From NCBI GenBank assembly GCA_963824165.1, contig CAWGOM010000002.1:355606-419605 (forward strand): a stretch of DNA of 64,000 nucleotides, written 5' to 3'. A program made the position numbers and the translations under genes. The DNA comes from an uncultured Acidobacteriota bacterium. Its GTDB lineage: Bacteria; Acidobacteriota; Thermoanaerobaculia; UBA5066; Gp7-AA6. The notes beneath the pieces were generated by a model. The model saw nothing but the letters and a program-made list of their open reading frames with translations, was not told the DNA's origin and did not search any database. This document shows positions 36,180 through 49,346 of this stretch, piece after piece. The first letter of the stretch is position 1, and every line of letters begins with the position of its first letter.

Positions 36180-37181
36180 GGCTGTCCTCCTCCGAGGTCT
36201 ACCCGGGCGAGCCCGCGGAACGGCGCGTCGGTCGCGCGCCGGGATCGGTGTCGCGTCGGCGTAGACCGCGTGGCACCAGCCGCGATACTTCGGCGCGCTT
36301 TCCGCGCACGACGTCGAAGTAGAGCTCGCGCAGCGCGCGCCACGATCGGCCCCATGCGCCCGGACCCGATCGGCCGGTGATCGACGCGCGTGATCGCGGC
36401 GATCTGGACGCCCGTGCCGCAGAAGAACGCTTCGTCGGCGAGCGGAATCTCGGTGCGGTCGATCGAGCGCTCGACGACGGGAACGCCGAGCACGTCGCGC
36501 ACGAGCTCGAGGATCGTGCGCCGCGTGATGCCCTCGAGGACGTTGTCGGTCACGGGCGGGGTCAGCAGCGCGCCGTTGCGGACCAGGAAGAAGTTCTCGG
36601 CCGAGCCCTCGGCCACGTGGCCGTCGTGGTTCAGCACGATCGCTTCGTCGAACCCGGCGCGCTGCGCGTCGGTCTTGGCGAAGGCGGAGTTGACGTAGGA
36701 GCCGGTGATCTTGCCGCGCGCCGGGATCATGTTGTCGTCCACCCGCCGCCAGGAGGAGATCGTGGCGTGGACGCCCTTCTTCGTTCTCCATGTAGCGGCC
36801 GTACGGCATCGCGACGATCGAGACCTCCGGCGTCAGGTTGTGGAGGCGGACGCCGATCGTCTCGTCGCCGTAGAACGCGAGCGGCCGCACGTAGCAGTCC
36901 TCGCGCAGGAGCTCGGCGCGCATCAGGGAGACGAGCGGCCTCGGTCAGGTCGGCGGCCGTGTAGGGCAGCGTCATGTCGAGGAGCTTCGCGGACTCGAGG
37001 AAGCGCCGGAAGTGATCGTGGGGACGGAAGACGAAGAGCTCCTGCTCCTCCGCGTTCCAGTACCGCGGATCCCGGCGAAGCAGCCCGTGCCGTAGTTGAG
37101 CGCGTGGGTCAGGACGCCGACCTTGGCCTCGGCGTACGGAACGATGCGGCCGCGGAAGAAAGCGTGGCGCGGAAGGGCCAT
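36180..37181 (-). CDS. ilvE: branched-chain amino acid aminotransferase (frameshifted)
   Basis: MALPRHAFFRGRIVPYAEAKVGVLTHALNYGTGCFAGIRG, then YWNAEEQELFVFRPHDHFRRFLESAKLL, ...AELLREDCYVRPLAFYGDETIGV..., and NSAFAKTDAQRAGFDEAIVLNHDGHVAEGSAENFFLVRNGALLTPP...LEGITRRTILEL across four frames. Confidence 0.7.
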
Positions 37182-37334
37182 CGGAGACCTCCTGCGGGCG
37201 AGTCTGGTCCAGCCGGTCCACTTTTCAAGTCCATCTCGGGTGTATTCTCAAAGTGGACATCAAGATGGACCCGAAGCGGTCGAGAATCAATAGCCACCTC
37301 GTCCGGAAGTGGACTGGGACGGTGCGTCCCGCAT

Positions 37335-38807
37335 GACGCCCCAGGCCTTCGTCGGCGCCCTGGGCCGCTGGACCGACGGCGGCCGGGCCCCGTCTATCGC
37401 CGGCTGGCGGCGGCCATTCGCGCGGCGATCGGGCGGGGCGAGATCCGCGCCGGCGAGCGGCTGCCCTCCGAGCGCGTCCTCGCGGCGCGCCTCGCCGTGT
37501 CGCGGACCACGGTCGTCGCGGCCTACGACGAGTTGCGCAACGAACGCTGGATCGAGAGCCGTCAGGGCAGCGGGACGCGCGTTCGCGGCGCCGCCGCTCG
37601 GCCGCCCGCGCTCCTGCTGCGCGAGGACCCGTCCGGCTCGTTCCGGCGGCACCCGGTCTGGCGCAGCTTCACCGAGGGGCCCGGCGGCACGATCGAGTTC
37701 CTCGGCGCGCACCTGCCCGCGCCGGACATCCTCGCGCGCGAGGCGTCGCGCATCGACGAGAAGGCGCTGCGGGACCTCGGCCGCGGACCCGGGTACCTGC
37801 CGATGGGGCTGCCGGCGCTCCGCCAGGCGATCGCCCGGCATCTGTCGGCCTCCGGGCCTCGAGACGAGCGAGGACCAGGTGCTCGTCACGCATGGCGCCC
37901 AGCAGGCGATCGGTCTTGCCGGGGCGCTGCTCGTCGAACGCGGAGAGGCGGTCGTCGTCGAGGACCCGACGTACCTGGGCTCGATCGACATCTTCTCGGG
38001 CCGGGGCGCCCGGCTGATCACGGTGCCGGTCGGCGGGCGACGCGGCGTGGATCGCCCGGCTCAGGGAGACCGTCGCGCGCGTCTCGCCGCGGCTGGTGTA
38101 CCTCATGCCGACGTACCAGAACCCGACCGGCGCGGTGATGCCGGAGCCGTGCCGCCGCGCCGTGGCGCGCCTCTCGCGCGAGCTGCAGCTGCCGATCGTC
38201 GAGGACAACACGCTCGCCGACCTGTCGCTCGCGGGCCGGCCGCCGGCGCCGATCGCGGCCTTCGAGCCGCGAGGCGCCCGTGCTGACGGTCGGGTCGCTG
38301 TCGAAGCTCTTCTGGGGCGGGCTGCGCATCGGCTGGATCCGGGCGTCCGAGGAGATTCTCCTGCGAATGACGCGGCTGAAGATCATGGCCGACCTCGGCG
38401 GCTCGCTCATCGGACAGCTCGTCGCGGTGCGCCTGCTCGCCGAGGCCGAGCGCGTCCGGGCGGTCCGGCGCCGGGAGATGCGGGAGCGGCTCGACCGGCT
38501 CACGAAGCTTCTCGCCCGCCAGCTGCCCGGCTGGACGTGGACGCCGCCCGCCGGCGGCCTCTCGCTGTGGGTCAAGTTGCCGCGCGGCGACGCGAACACG
38601 TTCGCGCAGGTGGCGATGCGTCACGGCGTCGCCGTCGTGCCGGGGACGCTCGCCTCTCCCGAGGGCGCGTTCGCCGATCGCCTCCGCATCCCCTTCGTGC
38701 TCGAGGCCGGCCCCATGCGCGAGGGCGTCGACCGCCTCGCCCGCGCGTGGGAGGCCTACGCCGGCGGGGAGTCGAGCCGCCATCGAGCCGCCGGCGTGCT
38801 CGTGTAG
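37335..38807 (+). CDS. MocR/GntR-family PLP-dependent transcriptional regulator (frameshifted)
   Basis: wHTH VYRRLAAAIRAAIGRGEIRAGERLPSERVLAARLAVSRTTVVAAYDELRNERWIESRQGSGTRV. Aminotransferase-like domain pieces (LVTHGAQQAIGLAGALL, VYLMPTYQNPTGAVMP, LTVGSLSKLFWGGLRIGWIRA, C-terminal ...PFVLEAGPMREGVDRLARAWEAY) are in four frames. Confidence 0.65.
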
Positions 38808-38822
38808 CCGTCGCGAGGAGCG

Positions 38823-40727
<1,905 letters not shown>

Positions 40728-40786
40728 TCAGGGTCCTCCGGCGTACGCATTTCTTTTCCGACGAGCAAGACTATCGCGCCGGCCAG

Positions 40787-41139
40787 CTACCCCGCCCGCG
40801 TCCCGTCGGGAACGGGGCGCTCGGGCACGGCCAGCGCCGGCGCCACGCCGTCGGCGTAGCCGAGGTCGAAGAGCATGCCCTCGGAGACTTCGCCCATCAT
40901 CTTCCGCGGCTCGAGGTTGACGACGAAGAGCGCCTGCCGGCCGACGATCTCGGTCGGGTCCGCCCGCTCGCGCTTCATGCCGGCGAGGATCGTGCGCGTG
41001 TGGTCGCCGAAGCCGACCGTCAGGCGCAGGAGCCGGTCGGACTTCGGGATTTCCTCGACCTTCCGGATCGTCCCGACGCGGACGTCGATCGCCTCGAGCG
41101 CGGCGAACGGGACGGCGGGCTTCACGGGTGCGGGCGTCA
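40787..41139 (-). CDS. tRNA-binding protein (CsaA/EMAP-like OB-fold)
   Basis: MTPAPVKPAVPFAALEAIDVRVGTIRKVEEIPKSDRLLRLTVGFGDHTRTILAGMKRERADPTEIVGRQALFVVNLEPRKMMGEVSEGMLFDLGYADG. The start overlaps the upstream stop (ATGA). Confidence 0.7.
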
Positions 41140-42575
41140 TGCGTGCTCTCCCTCGTTCACGGCGGCTCGGATGTCCTCGAGCGCCTGTTCCATGCGGTCG
41201 CGATGCGTGCGGAACGACAGGACGCAGATGCGAATGGCGTAGCGGCCCTTCAGCTTCGTGCCGGTCAGGTAGACGCGCCGGCGGGCGTTGATCCGTTCGA
41301 GCAGATCGACGGTTGAGCGAGTCGAGCTCCTCCTCGGCGGCGCCGGGCCGCCTCCAGCCGGAACGCGACGATCGACAGCTGCGGCTCGGCCAGGATCTCG
41401 ATCGTCCGGGATCTCCCGCAGGCGGTCGCAGGCCCAGCGGGCGAGCGTCGAGCTTCTCCTCGAGGTTCGCGCGGAAGGGCGCGGCGCCGTGCATCTTGAG
41501 CGGGAGCCAGACGCGCAGCCCGCGGAAATCCCGCGAGAGCTCCGGCGAGAGCAGGTTGAAGTCGGTCAGGTCCGCGTCCTCCTGCATCGAGGGCATGTAG
41601 TCGGCCGACAGCGCGTGGGCGCGCTTCAACGTCTCGCCGTCGCGGACGAGCAGGGCGCCCGTGCCGTAGGGCAGGAAGAGCCCCTTGTGCGGGATCGAGC
41701 ACGATCGAGTCGGCGCGCTCGATCCCGGCGAGCCGGCGCCGGCCGTCTTCCGTCAGCAGGAAGAAGCCGCCGTAGGCGGCGTCGACGTGGAACCAGAGCC
41801 GCTCGCGCGCGCGCGAGCTCCGCGAGCGCCGGCAGATCGTCGACGGCGCCCGTGTTCGTGGTTCCGGCGTTGCCGACGACGAGAAAGGGCGAGAGGCCCG
41901 CGCGCGGTCGGCGGCGACGCGCGTCGGCGAGCGCGTCGAGGCGGATCCGGAAATGCGCGTCGGTCTCGATCTCGCGGACGCGGCGCTGCGGGGAATCCCG
42001 CGAGGATCGCCGCCTTTCGGATCGCGTGGTGCGCCTGGTCCGAGACGTAGATCGTGCCGGACGAGGAAGTCCTCGGGCAGGCGGTCCCGCCGCGCCGCGA
42101 CGACCGCGGAGAAGGTCGCGAGCGAGCCGCCGCTGGTCAGGATGCCGCGGGACTCGCGCGGGAGCCCCGCGAGGTCGCAGAACCAGCGCACGACGTTCGA
42201 CTCGAGCTGCGCGAGTCCCGGCGCGGCGGCGAAGACGCCGACGTACCGGTTCGTCGCGTCCGCGACGAGGTCGGCGACGGCGGACTGGGGCAGCCCGCCC
42301 CCGGGGATGTAGGCGAGGTAGCCCGGGCCGGCGGTGTTGAAGCTCTTCGGGATCACGCGGTCGAAGAGCAGGTCGAGCAGCTCCGCGGCCGGCGTTGCCC
42401 GTCTCGGGAAGCCCCTCGGCGAGCGACGCGCGCGAGGGCCGCGCCGCCGGCGACGTCGGCCGACGGCTGGGCCGGGAGCGATTCGACGTGCGCGACGATC
42501 CGCGCGGCCGCCTCGTCGATCAGCCTGCCGCAGCGCGTCGCCGGAGAGCTCGAGACTCCGATCCTCCACGGTCAC
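41136..42575 (-). CDS. PLP-dependent group II (aromatic-L-amino-acid/DDC family) decarboxylase (frameshifted)
   Basis: LLDLLFDRVIPKSFNTAGPGYLAYIPGGGLPQSAVADLVADATNRYVGVFAAAPGLAQLESNVVRWFCDLAGLP...ILTSGGSLATFSAVVAARRDRLPEDFL. The C-terminus (SPELSRDFRGLRVWLPLKMHGAAPFRANLEEKLD...RICVLSFRTHRDRMEQALEDIRAAVNEG) lies in other frames. Confidence 0.65.
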
Positions 42576-42679
42576 GCCGCCATTGAATCACCCCCCGTTC
42601 CGGCTTTTCGCCACCCGGCAACATCAGTTCGCAGCGCGAGGAGTCTCCCGAAGGGAGGAGCCTCGCGGAGCGACGGTAT

Positions 42680-44767
42680 ATGTTGACCCGGGCCATGGAG
42701 GCGGGTTTGCAACAGCGCGGGAACCGGACGCTCGGGTCCGCCCTCGTCGTCGCTCTCGCCGCGCTGCTCGCCTGGCGGGCCGCCCGCTCGCGCGCGCCTA
42801 CGCCGAGAAACTGTCGTCGCGGCATTCGCCCGCCGCTGCTCGCCGCCGCCGCCGCGCTCGCCGCCGCGGCGTTCGCTGCTCGCGTGGCTCGGAATCGTCC
42901 GGCGCCCGCGCGCGACCCTGACCGCGCTCGCGGCCGTGGCGCTGTCGATGGTCGTGTTGTCCGGCAACCTCGCCGCGGCCCTGACCGCGGCCGCGATTCT
43001 CGCGGCGACGCTCGTCGTCCGGCGACGCGGTCTTCCGGCTGCTCCGGGGCGCGGAGGCGGAGCGCGGAGACATCTCCTCCGCGCTCGCCGCCGGTCTCGC
43101 GGCGCATCGGAACCGCGGTGCTGCTGCTCGGCGAAGCGGGGTGGCTCGGGCGCGGCTCCCTCGCGGCTCTCGTCTGGCCGCGGTCCTCGTGGTGCGCCGC
43201 CGCCGTCTCGCGGACTCTCGCCCGACTCGTGCGCGACGCGGTGCGTCTGCCGCGCGGCGACGCGCCGGCGCGCCTCGAGGCGGCGTGGCTCGCCTTCGCC
43301 GTGCTCGTCGCTGCTCGCGGTGTGGGCGGGCGTTCAGGCGCCGGACGTCTCGTGGGACGCGCTCGCCTATCACCTGCCCGAGGCCCGCGACATCGCGCGC
43401 GCGGGACGGGTGCGCGCGCTGCCGGACCTCCATCCCCAGTCGTTGCTGTGGCGCGTCCACGACGCGTACCTCGCCCTCGCGTTTCTTCTTCGGCGACGAG
43501 CGAATCGTGCCCTTTCTGCAGTACGCGGCCGGGCTCGGCGTCTTCGGCGCGGCGCTCTCGCTCGCGCGCCGCGTCGGCGCTGGCGGCGCGGCGCCGCTCG
43601 TCGTGCTGGCTCTCGACCGCGTTCCCGACCGCGATGCTCCAGTTGAAGTCGGCCTACGTCGACTGGCCCGCCGCGCTGCTGGCGACGGCCGCCGCGGCGC
43701 AGGTCGCGGCGCCCGCGCGCGACCGCGGCCGGATGCGCGTCGCCGGCTTCCTGTTCGGGGCGGCGGTCGCGACGAAGGTCTTCGCCCTCTTCGCCGCTCC
43801 CGCCCTGCTGGCCCTCGCCTGGCGCGCGCGGCCGCGGCCGATGCGCCTCGCCGTCCGCCGTCCTCTGCGCGTGGCGCTGACGCTGGCGCCCTGGCTCTTC
43901 TGGAGCGAGCGCCGCGGCGGCTCGTTTCTCGCCCCGTACGCCGACCTCGCCGGGGAGCTCGTCGCGCGCGTCGCGCGGGGCCACTACTTCACGCGGTCGC
44001 CGGCCTCGGGGGCCGCCCGGCCGGAGAAGCCCCCCGGCAGAGCGCGTCGCCGCCTTCGCGCGGCTTCCGTGGGATCTCGTGTTTCACTCCAGCCGATTCG
44101 AAGCCAACGGCGACGGATACAACGGGATCCTGGTGCTGCTCGTCGCGGCCGGACTCGCCGGCTGGAGCGCGAAACGGTTCGGGCTGTTTCTCGCCGTGTC
44201 TCTCCCGTTCCTGATCCCGTGGTCGCTTCCTCTACATGCCGTCGATCCGGTTCCTCTTCCCGGTCTTCCCGATGTACGCCGTCTTCACGGCCGGAGGCCT
44301 GCGCCGCCTGACGGGACGCTTCGCGGGAGGGCCGGGTCGGCGGCCGGCCTCGCCCTGCTCGCGGCCGCCGCGGCCTTTCCGGTCCAGCTCGGCTCGAGCG
44401 GTCTCGAGTGGAAGGCGGCCTTCGGCCGGATGTCGCGGCAGGAAGTCCTCGCGGCGCAGCTGCCGTCGCTCGGGTTGAACGCGCGCCTCGACCCGTCGGA
44501 TCGAGTGCTCTTTCTCGGCGAGAACGACCGCTTCCACTGTCCGGCCGGCTCGTCTGGAGGGCGGAGTTTCTTCCGGTCGCCGGCTGGGGGTCCGGATCCC
44601 GCGGCCTGGAGGCGCGGGCTTTCGACGAGCTCGGCATCACCGCGGTCGTGGTGCGAGCCGACCGCGTCCGCCTTCCCGAGGCCCTCGTCGCCGCTTTCCG
44701 GCGCGGTGCGAGCGCGTCGTCGTCGAACGGCGATGCCGCTCTCTACCGGGTCGACCTGCTAAAATGA
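42680..44767 (+). CDS. polytopic membrane protein, possibly a GT39/ArnT-like glycosyltransferase (frameshifted; weak family assignment)
   Basis: Many hydrophobic segments in several frames (LGSALVVALAALLAW, LAVWAGVQAPDVSWDALAYHLPEARDIARAGRVRALPDLHPQSLLWRVHDAYLALAFFFGDERIVPFLQYAAGLGVFGAALSLA...). A C-terminal soluble part is in the 44408..44767 frame. Confidence 0.4.
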
Positions 44768-45165
44768 AGGCATCGCCGACTCCGGCGATCCCATCGTCCT
44801 CCGCGAGACGACGCCGGTCCCCTGCCGGGACCGGTGAGCCGCGCGACTCGCTGGCGCTCCGTTTCGATCCGTCGCGGCGCGTGACGCTGCGCTTCGAGCT
44901 CACGTTCGCGGCGCCGACGAGCTCGAGGCTCTCCGCTACGCCCGCCGCGCGATGATCCGGGAGGAGCGCACGCGCGGGCTCGACTGGGACGAGCCTTCGA
45001 TGGAGGACCCGACGCTCTCGGGCTCGGAGATCCGCTGGTTCGCCCTGGCCTCCCAGGGCGCGTGGTGCCGGCAGAAGCTCGCAGGAGCTCGTCGAGCGCG
45101 CCAACCGCGCCCTGGAGGAGATTCGGGCCGGCCGAGCCCGTTACCCTCGGTAACACTTTCGGCCG
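44764..45165 (+). CDS. hypothetical acidic protein, paralog A of a tandem pair (frameshifted twice)
   Basis: Joining three frames gives ...RDAALRAHVRGADELEALRYARRAMIREERTRGLDWDEPSMEDPTLSGSEIRWFALASQGA...QKLAELVERANRALEEIRAGRARYPR, colinear with paralog B. Confidence 0.4.
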
Positions 45166-45271
45166 GACGCCCCGTCGGCTGCGGCTCCCGCGGCCACCCC
45201 GGGGCTCCGTGTTTCGAGCGACTTGCGCGGTCCGCGGCGATCCGGCACGCCGTTCGCTAATTTCTCGGGGC

Positions 45272-45655
45272 ATGAGCACGCGCATCGGTTTCTCGGAGAT
45301 CGAGGAAACGACCGAGCCCGCGGACTTTTCGGCCGGCGTCGACGGCTCCGCGGCTCGCGGAGTCGACCGTGACGCTGCGTTGCCGCCTGCTCGGACCACC
45401 GACAGCGCCAGCCTCGAGGCCCTGCGGTACGCCCGGCGGGCCATGCTGCGCGAGGAGTGGACCCGCGGCGCCGAGGAGGGCGAGCCCTCGCTCGAGGACG
45501 CGGTGTTCTCGGCCTTCGAGGTCGCCTGGCCGGTCCGCGCTTCCGAGATCGAGCGCGGCCGCGCCAAGCTCGCCGAGCTCGTCGAGCGAGCCAACCGCGC
45601 CCGCCGGGAGCTCGACGCCACGAAAGCGGGGCGGGTCGTACAATCTCCTCCATGA
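45272..45655 (+). CDS. hypothetical acidic protein, paralog B (intact)
   Basis: MSTRIGFSEIEETTEPADFSAGVDGSAARGVDRDAALPPARTTDSASLEALRYARRAMLREEWTRGAEEGEPSLEDAVFSAFEVAWPVRASEIERGRAKLAELVERANRARRELDATKAGRVVQSPP. The stop overlaps the next start (ATGA). Confidence 0.5.
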   Translation: MSTRIGFSEIEETTEPADFSAGVDGSAARGVDRDAALPPARTTDSASLEALRYARRAMLREEWTRGAEEGEPSLEDAVFSAFEVAWPVRASEIERGRAKLAELVERANRARRELDATKAGRVVQSPP

Positions 45656-46041
45656 GCGGCCGGCAGCTCCGAAAGCTCCTCCTCCTCGCCGTGGTCGTGG
45701 GCGTGGCGTACTGGATCTACAAGGACCGCCCCACGATCTCCGGCTTCATCGACTCGATCACGGACCCGCTTGATGGGCTCGCGCGCCGCGGTCAAGAGCT
45801 CGGAGCGCAATCGGGTCGTCGGCGACGCCTCGGTGGCGATCAGCGAGCAGAGCGATACTGCCGGTGGGAAACCTGCGCGAAGGGAATGACGTCGCGCGAG
45901 GTTCTCGAGCTGCTCGACAATCCCGATTCGCGCGAGTACGAAACGGTCGAGGGGGTCGAGCAGGTCCGCTGGACTTATCGCCGGGCCCGCCGCGTCCTCA
46001 TCTTTCAGAACGAGCGGCTCGTCTCCATCGTCGTCCGGTAG
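45652..46041 (+). CDS. membrane-anchored protein with a BamE/SmpA-OmlA-like domain
   Basis: MSGRQLRKLLLLAVVVGVAYWIY (N-terminal TM anchor), ...GMTSREVLELLDNPDSREYETVEGVEQVRWTYRRARRVLIFQNERLVSIVVR, the same motif as in the 6691..7059 protein. Confidence 0.5.
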   Translation: MSGRQLRKLLLLAVVVGVAYWIYKDRPTISGFIDSITDPLDGLARRGQELGAQSGRRRRLGGDQRAERYCRWETCAKGMTSREVLELLDNPDSREYETVEGVEQVRWTYRRARRVLIFQNERLVSIVVR

Positions 46042-47010
46042 GCGGTCGCGGCGGCGCCGATCAGGCCCAGCCGCGGCTCCAGCACGACGCGCACCGGGAT
46101 CGCCGAGAGGAGCGCGTCCATCGGCGGCTTGTCGCGGAACGCCTGGAGGAAGGGCCGCCGCCGAAGGGCGGCGAGGATCTTCGGCGCGATGCCACCCGCG
46201 AGGTAGATGCCGCCGGTCGCGCGGTACTCGAGCGCGCAGTTGCCGGCCTCGGACCCGTAGATCGACACGAAGAGATCGAGGGCCTCGCGGCACAGCGCGT
46301 CCCGCCGCGCGAGGCCGAAGCGGCTGATGACGGCGGCGCGATCGTCGCTGCGCTCGAACTCGGCCGCCACGGCGCGGCTCTCGCGGGCGCGGCGCTCCGA
46401 CTTGAGGAACTCGTACAGGGAAACGAGGCCCCGCCCGGAGAGCACCCTCTCGCGCGTGGCGCGCCCGGTCTGCCGCCGCAGAAACGCGACGAGGCGGTCC
46501 TCGAGCGGGTTGCGCGGCGCGAAGTCCGCGTGGCCGCTCTCCGACGGCACCACCTCGTGGTGGTCCCCGACCGGGACGAGGCACGCCTGTCCGAGACCGG
46601 TGCCGGCGCCGATGATCCCGATCGGCCCGCCGGGCTCGGCGCGCCCGCGCGCGAGGGTGGCGAGCTGGCGCGGCCGAGAGCTCCGGCAGGCCGAGGGCAT
46701 TCGACACGAAGTCGTTGATCACGCGCACACGGCGGATTCCGGTCGCGCGGGAAAGGCGCGACTCCTCGATCCGCCAGGACAGGTTCGTCACCTTGGCGGC
46801 ACCGTCGCGCACGGGGCCGGCGACGCCGAACCCGGCGGCCTCCGGCTTCGAGGTCTCGCCCGCCAGGAAGATCTCGACGATCTGTTCGAGGCCCGGGTAG
46901 GCCGCGCTCGGATAGCGCTCGCTGCGAATGAGCGAGCGCCCGCGCGGGCCGAACTCGAAGATCGCGAGGGCGGTCTTCGTGCCGCCGATGTCGCCCGCGA
47001 GGATCCGCAT
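46005..47010 (-). CDS. glk: glucokinase (frameshifted)
   Basis: MRILAGDIGGTKTALAIFEFG...VAGPVRDGAAKVTNLSWRIEESRL...RVINDFVSNALGLPEL, with the C-terminal half (GIIGAGTGLGQACLVPVGDHHEVVPSESGHADFAPRNPLEDRLVAFLRRQTGRATRERVLSGRGLVSLYEF...) in another frame. Confidence 0.7.
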
Positions 47011-47094
47011 GCGTGCGGAAACGGTAGCAGAGCCGGCAGGCCGGCACGGATGTCCCGGCACGGAGTGGCTTAGCAGTCCACGAGGGCTCGCGCG

Positions 47095-47140
47095 GGCAAA
47101 AAAAAGCCCCGGGTCGGGGTGGGGCCGCCCGGGGGGCGAA
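47095..47140 (-). terminator. intrinsic-terminator-like hairpin plus U-run in the glk leader/intergenic region
   Basis: On the minus strand: cgccccccgggcggccccaccccgacccggggc hairpin (ccccggg/cccgggg arms) followed by TTTTTTTT, about 85 nt upstream of the glk ATG. Confidence 0.4.
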
Positions 47141-47268
47141 AGGAGGAGGTTGAGGTTCCTTTGCTCGCCTTCCAGAGATAGCAATCGCGCGGCCAGCCTC
47201 TCCGGTGGAGTTAAACGTTTGTTGCAGAAGTGGCTTGGAAAATCGAGCGCCGGCGACTCTGACGAGAA

Positions 47269-48531
47269 TTGTCAGAGGCCGAACATCCGTCGGCTGCCTC
47301 AATTTTGCGGGCGGGGCTCGTCCTCGGCCTCTCGCTGGCGGCGACCGGCTGCATGTACATCTTTTCGGAGAAGCGGACCATCTACGAGTACGAGCCGACC
47401 TACGGGGTCGACAGCCCGGAGTTCCTGCGCTCGCTCGACGGGCTCGGGACCGAGATGACTCCCGGGAACCGGGTCTCCCTGCTCCAGGACGCCGGCGAGA
47501 TCTTCCCGCGCATGCTCGAGGCGATCGGCGAGGCGAAGCTCTCGATCAACCTCGAGATCTACATCTTCAACCACGACGACGTGGGCACGACGGTTCGCGC
47601 GGGCGCTCGCCGAGCGCGCGCGCGCGGGCGTGGAGGTGCGGCTGCTCGTGGACGGGTGCGGCTCGGACCTCGGGCCGCTGCAGGGCGAGCTCGAGCGGGC
47701 CGGGGTGCAGGTCCGCATCTACAAGCCCCTCCAGATCTACTCCATCGACCGCGTCGGCAACCGCACGCATCGCCGCATCCTGACGATCGACGGCCGCATC
47801 GGCTTCTGCGGCGGCGTGGGCCTGGACGACCGCTGGCAGACGTGGCGCGAGACGATGATCGAGGTCGACGGCCCGGTCACCGCGCAGCTCCAGCAGGTGT
47901 TCGCGCAGGACTGGCTGCACACGACCGGCGAGGTCCTGAACGGCGACCGGCAGTTCCCGCGCATCGAGCCCGCCGGCAACGTCCTGGTGCAGGTGATCGC
48001 GGCCGCGCGCGCCGACTCGATCTCGGTCTCGAAGCTGCTCCTGTACATGGCGATCCAGGCCTCGCGTCGGAGCATCTGGATCGAGAACGCGTACTTCGTT
48101 CCCGAAGGGCAGATCCGCGAGGGGCTCACGGCGGCGGCGCGCCGCGGCGTCGACGTCCGGATCGTCGTGCCGGGCAAGCACAGGACTCGCCGAACGTCCA
48201 GGCGGCGTCGCGCTATCACTTCGGCGAGCTGCTCGACGCCGGGGTGGCGATCTACGAGTACCAGCCGACGATGATGCACAACAAGGTGATGGTCGTCGAC
48301 GGCATCTGGTCCACGGTCGGATCGATCAACTTCGTGAATCGGTCGATGAAGAAGAACGCCGAGGCCAACCTCGCCGTGTACGACCGCGCGTTCGCGGCCG
48401 AGGTGGAGGCGATGGTGCTGCGCCGATCTCGAACGCTGCGACGTCCTCACCAAGGAGCAGTGGAAGCGAGCGGGGCCTCCCCGCCCGCATCGGCGAGACC
48501 TTCTTCTGGCTGTTCTCGGAGAACTACTGAA
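47269..48531 (+). CDS. phospholipase D/cardiolipin synthase family protein (frameshifted)
   Basis: N-terminal lipoprotein-like signal (LVLGLSLAATGCMYIF). HKD motif 1 region NRTHRRILTIDGRIGFCGGVGL and HKD motif 2 HNKVMVVDGIWSTVGSINF. The C-terminus ends ...GETFFWLFSENY. There are about three frame changes. Confidence 0.7.
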
Positions 48532-48571
48532 GGCCGGGGCGCCGCCGGCGGGGCTGGGTTAGGATCCCGAC

Positions 48572-49343
48572 GTGCTGCAGGGCCTGCTCCCGCTCGAGCG
48601 TCCGCTCGTGGTCTTCGACACCGAGACCACGGGCACCAACTCGCGCTCGGACCGGATCGTCGAGATCGCGTGCGTGAAGATCCATCCGGACGGGCGGCGC
48701 GAGGACTGGGAGCGGCGGTTGAACCCGGGCATCCCGATCCCCGCGGGCTCGACCGCGATCCACGGCATCACCGACGCCGACGTGGCCGGCGGCGCCGCGC
48801 TTTCGCGACGTCGCGGCGGAGCTCGCCGCGTACCTCGAGGGCTGCGACCTGGCGGGCTACAACATCGCCGGATTCGATCTCCCGGTGCTCCGGGCCGAGT
48901 TCCTGCGCGTCGGCGTGCCGTTCGAAGTGTCCGACCGGCGGCTCGTCGACGCCCAGCGGATCTTCTTCGCGCGCGAGCCGCGGCACCTGGCGGCCGCCGC
49001 GCGCTTCTACTGCCAGTCCGACCACGACGGCGCCCACGGCGCCCGGGCCGACGCCGAGATGACGCTGCGGGTGCTGGTCGGCCAGCTCGAGCGCTATGCC
49101 GAGCTGCCCCGCTCCGTCGGGGAGCTCCACGAGCAGTTCTGCGCGGGCATCGACCAGGACATCGATCCCGAAGGGCGGTTCCGCCTCGTCAACGGGGAGC
49201 CCACGGTCAACTTCGGCAAGAACCGCGGGCGGCTGCTGAAGGACATCAGCCGCGAAGAGCCCGGCTTCCTGCGCTGGATCCTGAAGGGCGACTTCTCGGA
49301 GCCCGTGAAGTCGGTCGCGCGGAAGTACCTGCCGGAAGGCTAG
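48572..49343 (+). CDS. DnaQ-like 3'-5' exonuclease (DEDDh family; one frameshift)
   Basis: LVVFDTETTGTNSRSDRIVEIACVKI (Exo I DxE), ...AIHGITDADV, LAGYNIAGFDLPVLRAEF (Exo II), HGARADAEMTLRVLVGQ (Exo III), C-terminal extension ...PGFLRWILKGDFSEPVKSVARKYL. Confidence 0.75.
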
Positions 49344-49346
49344 GGG

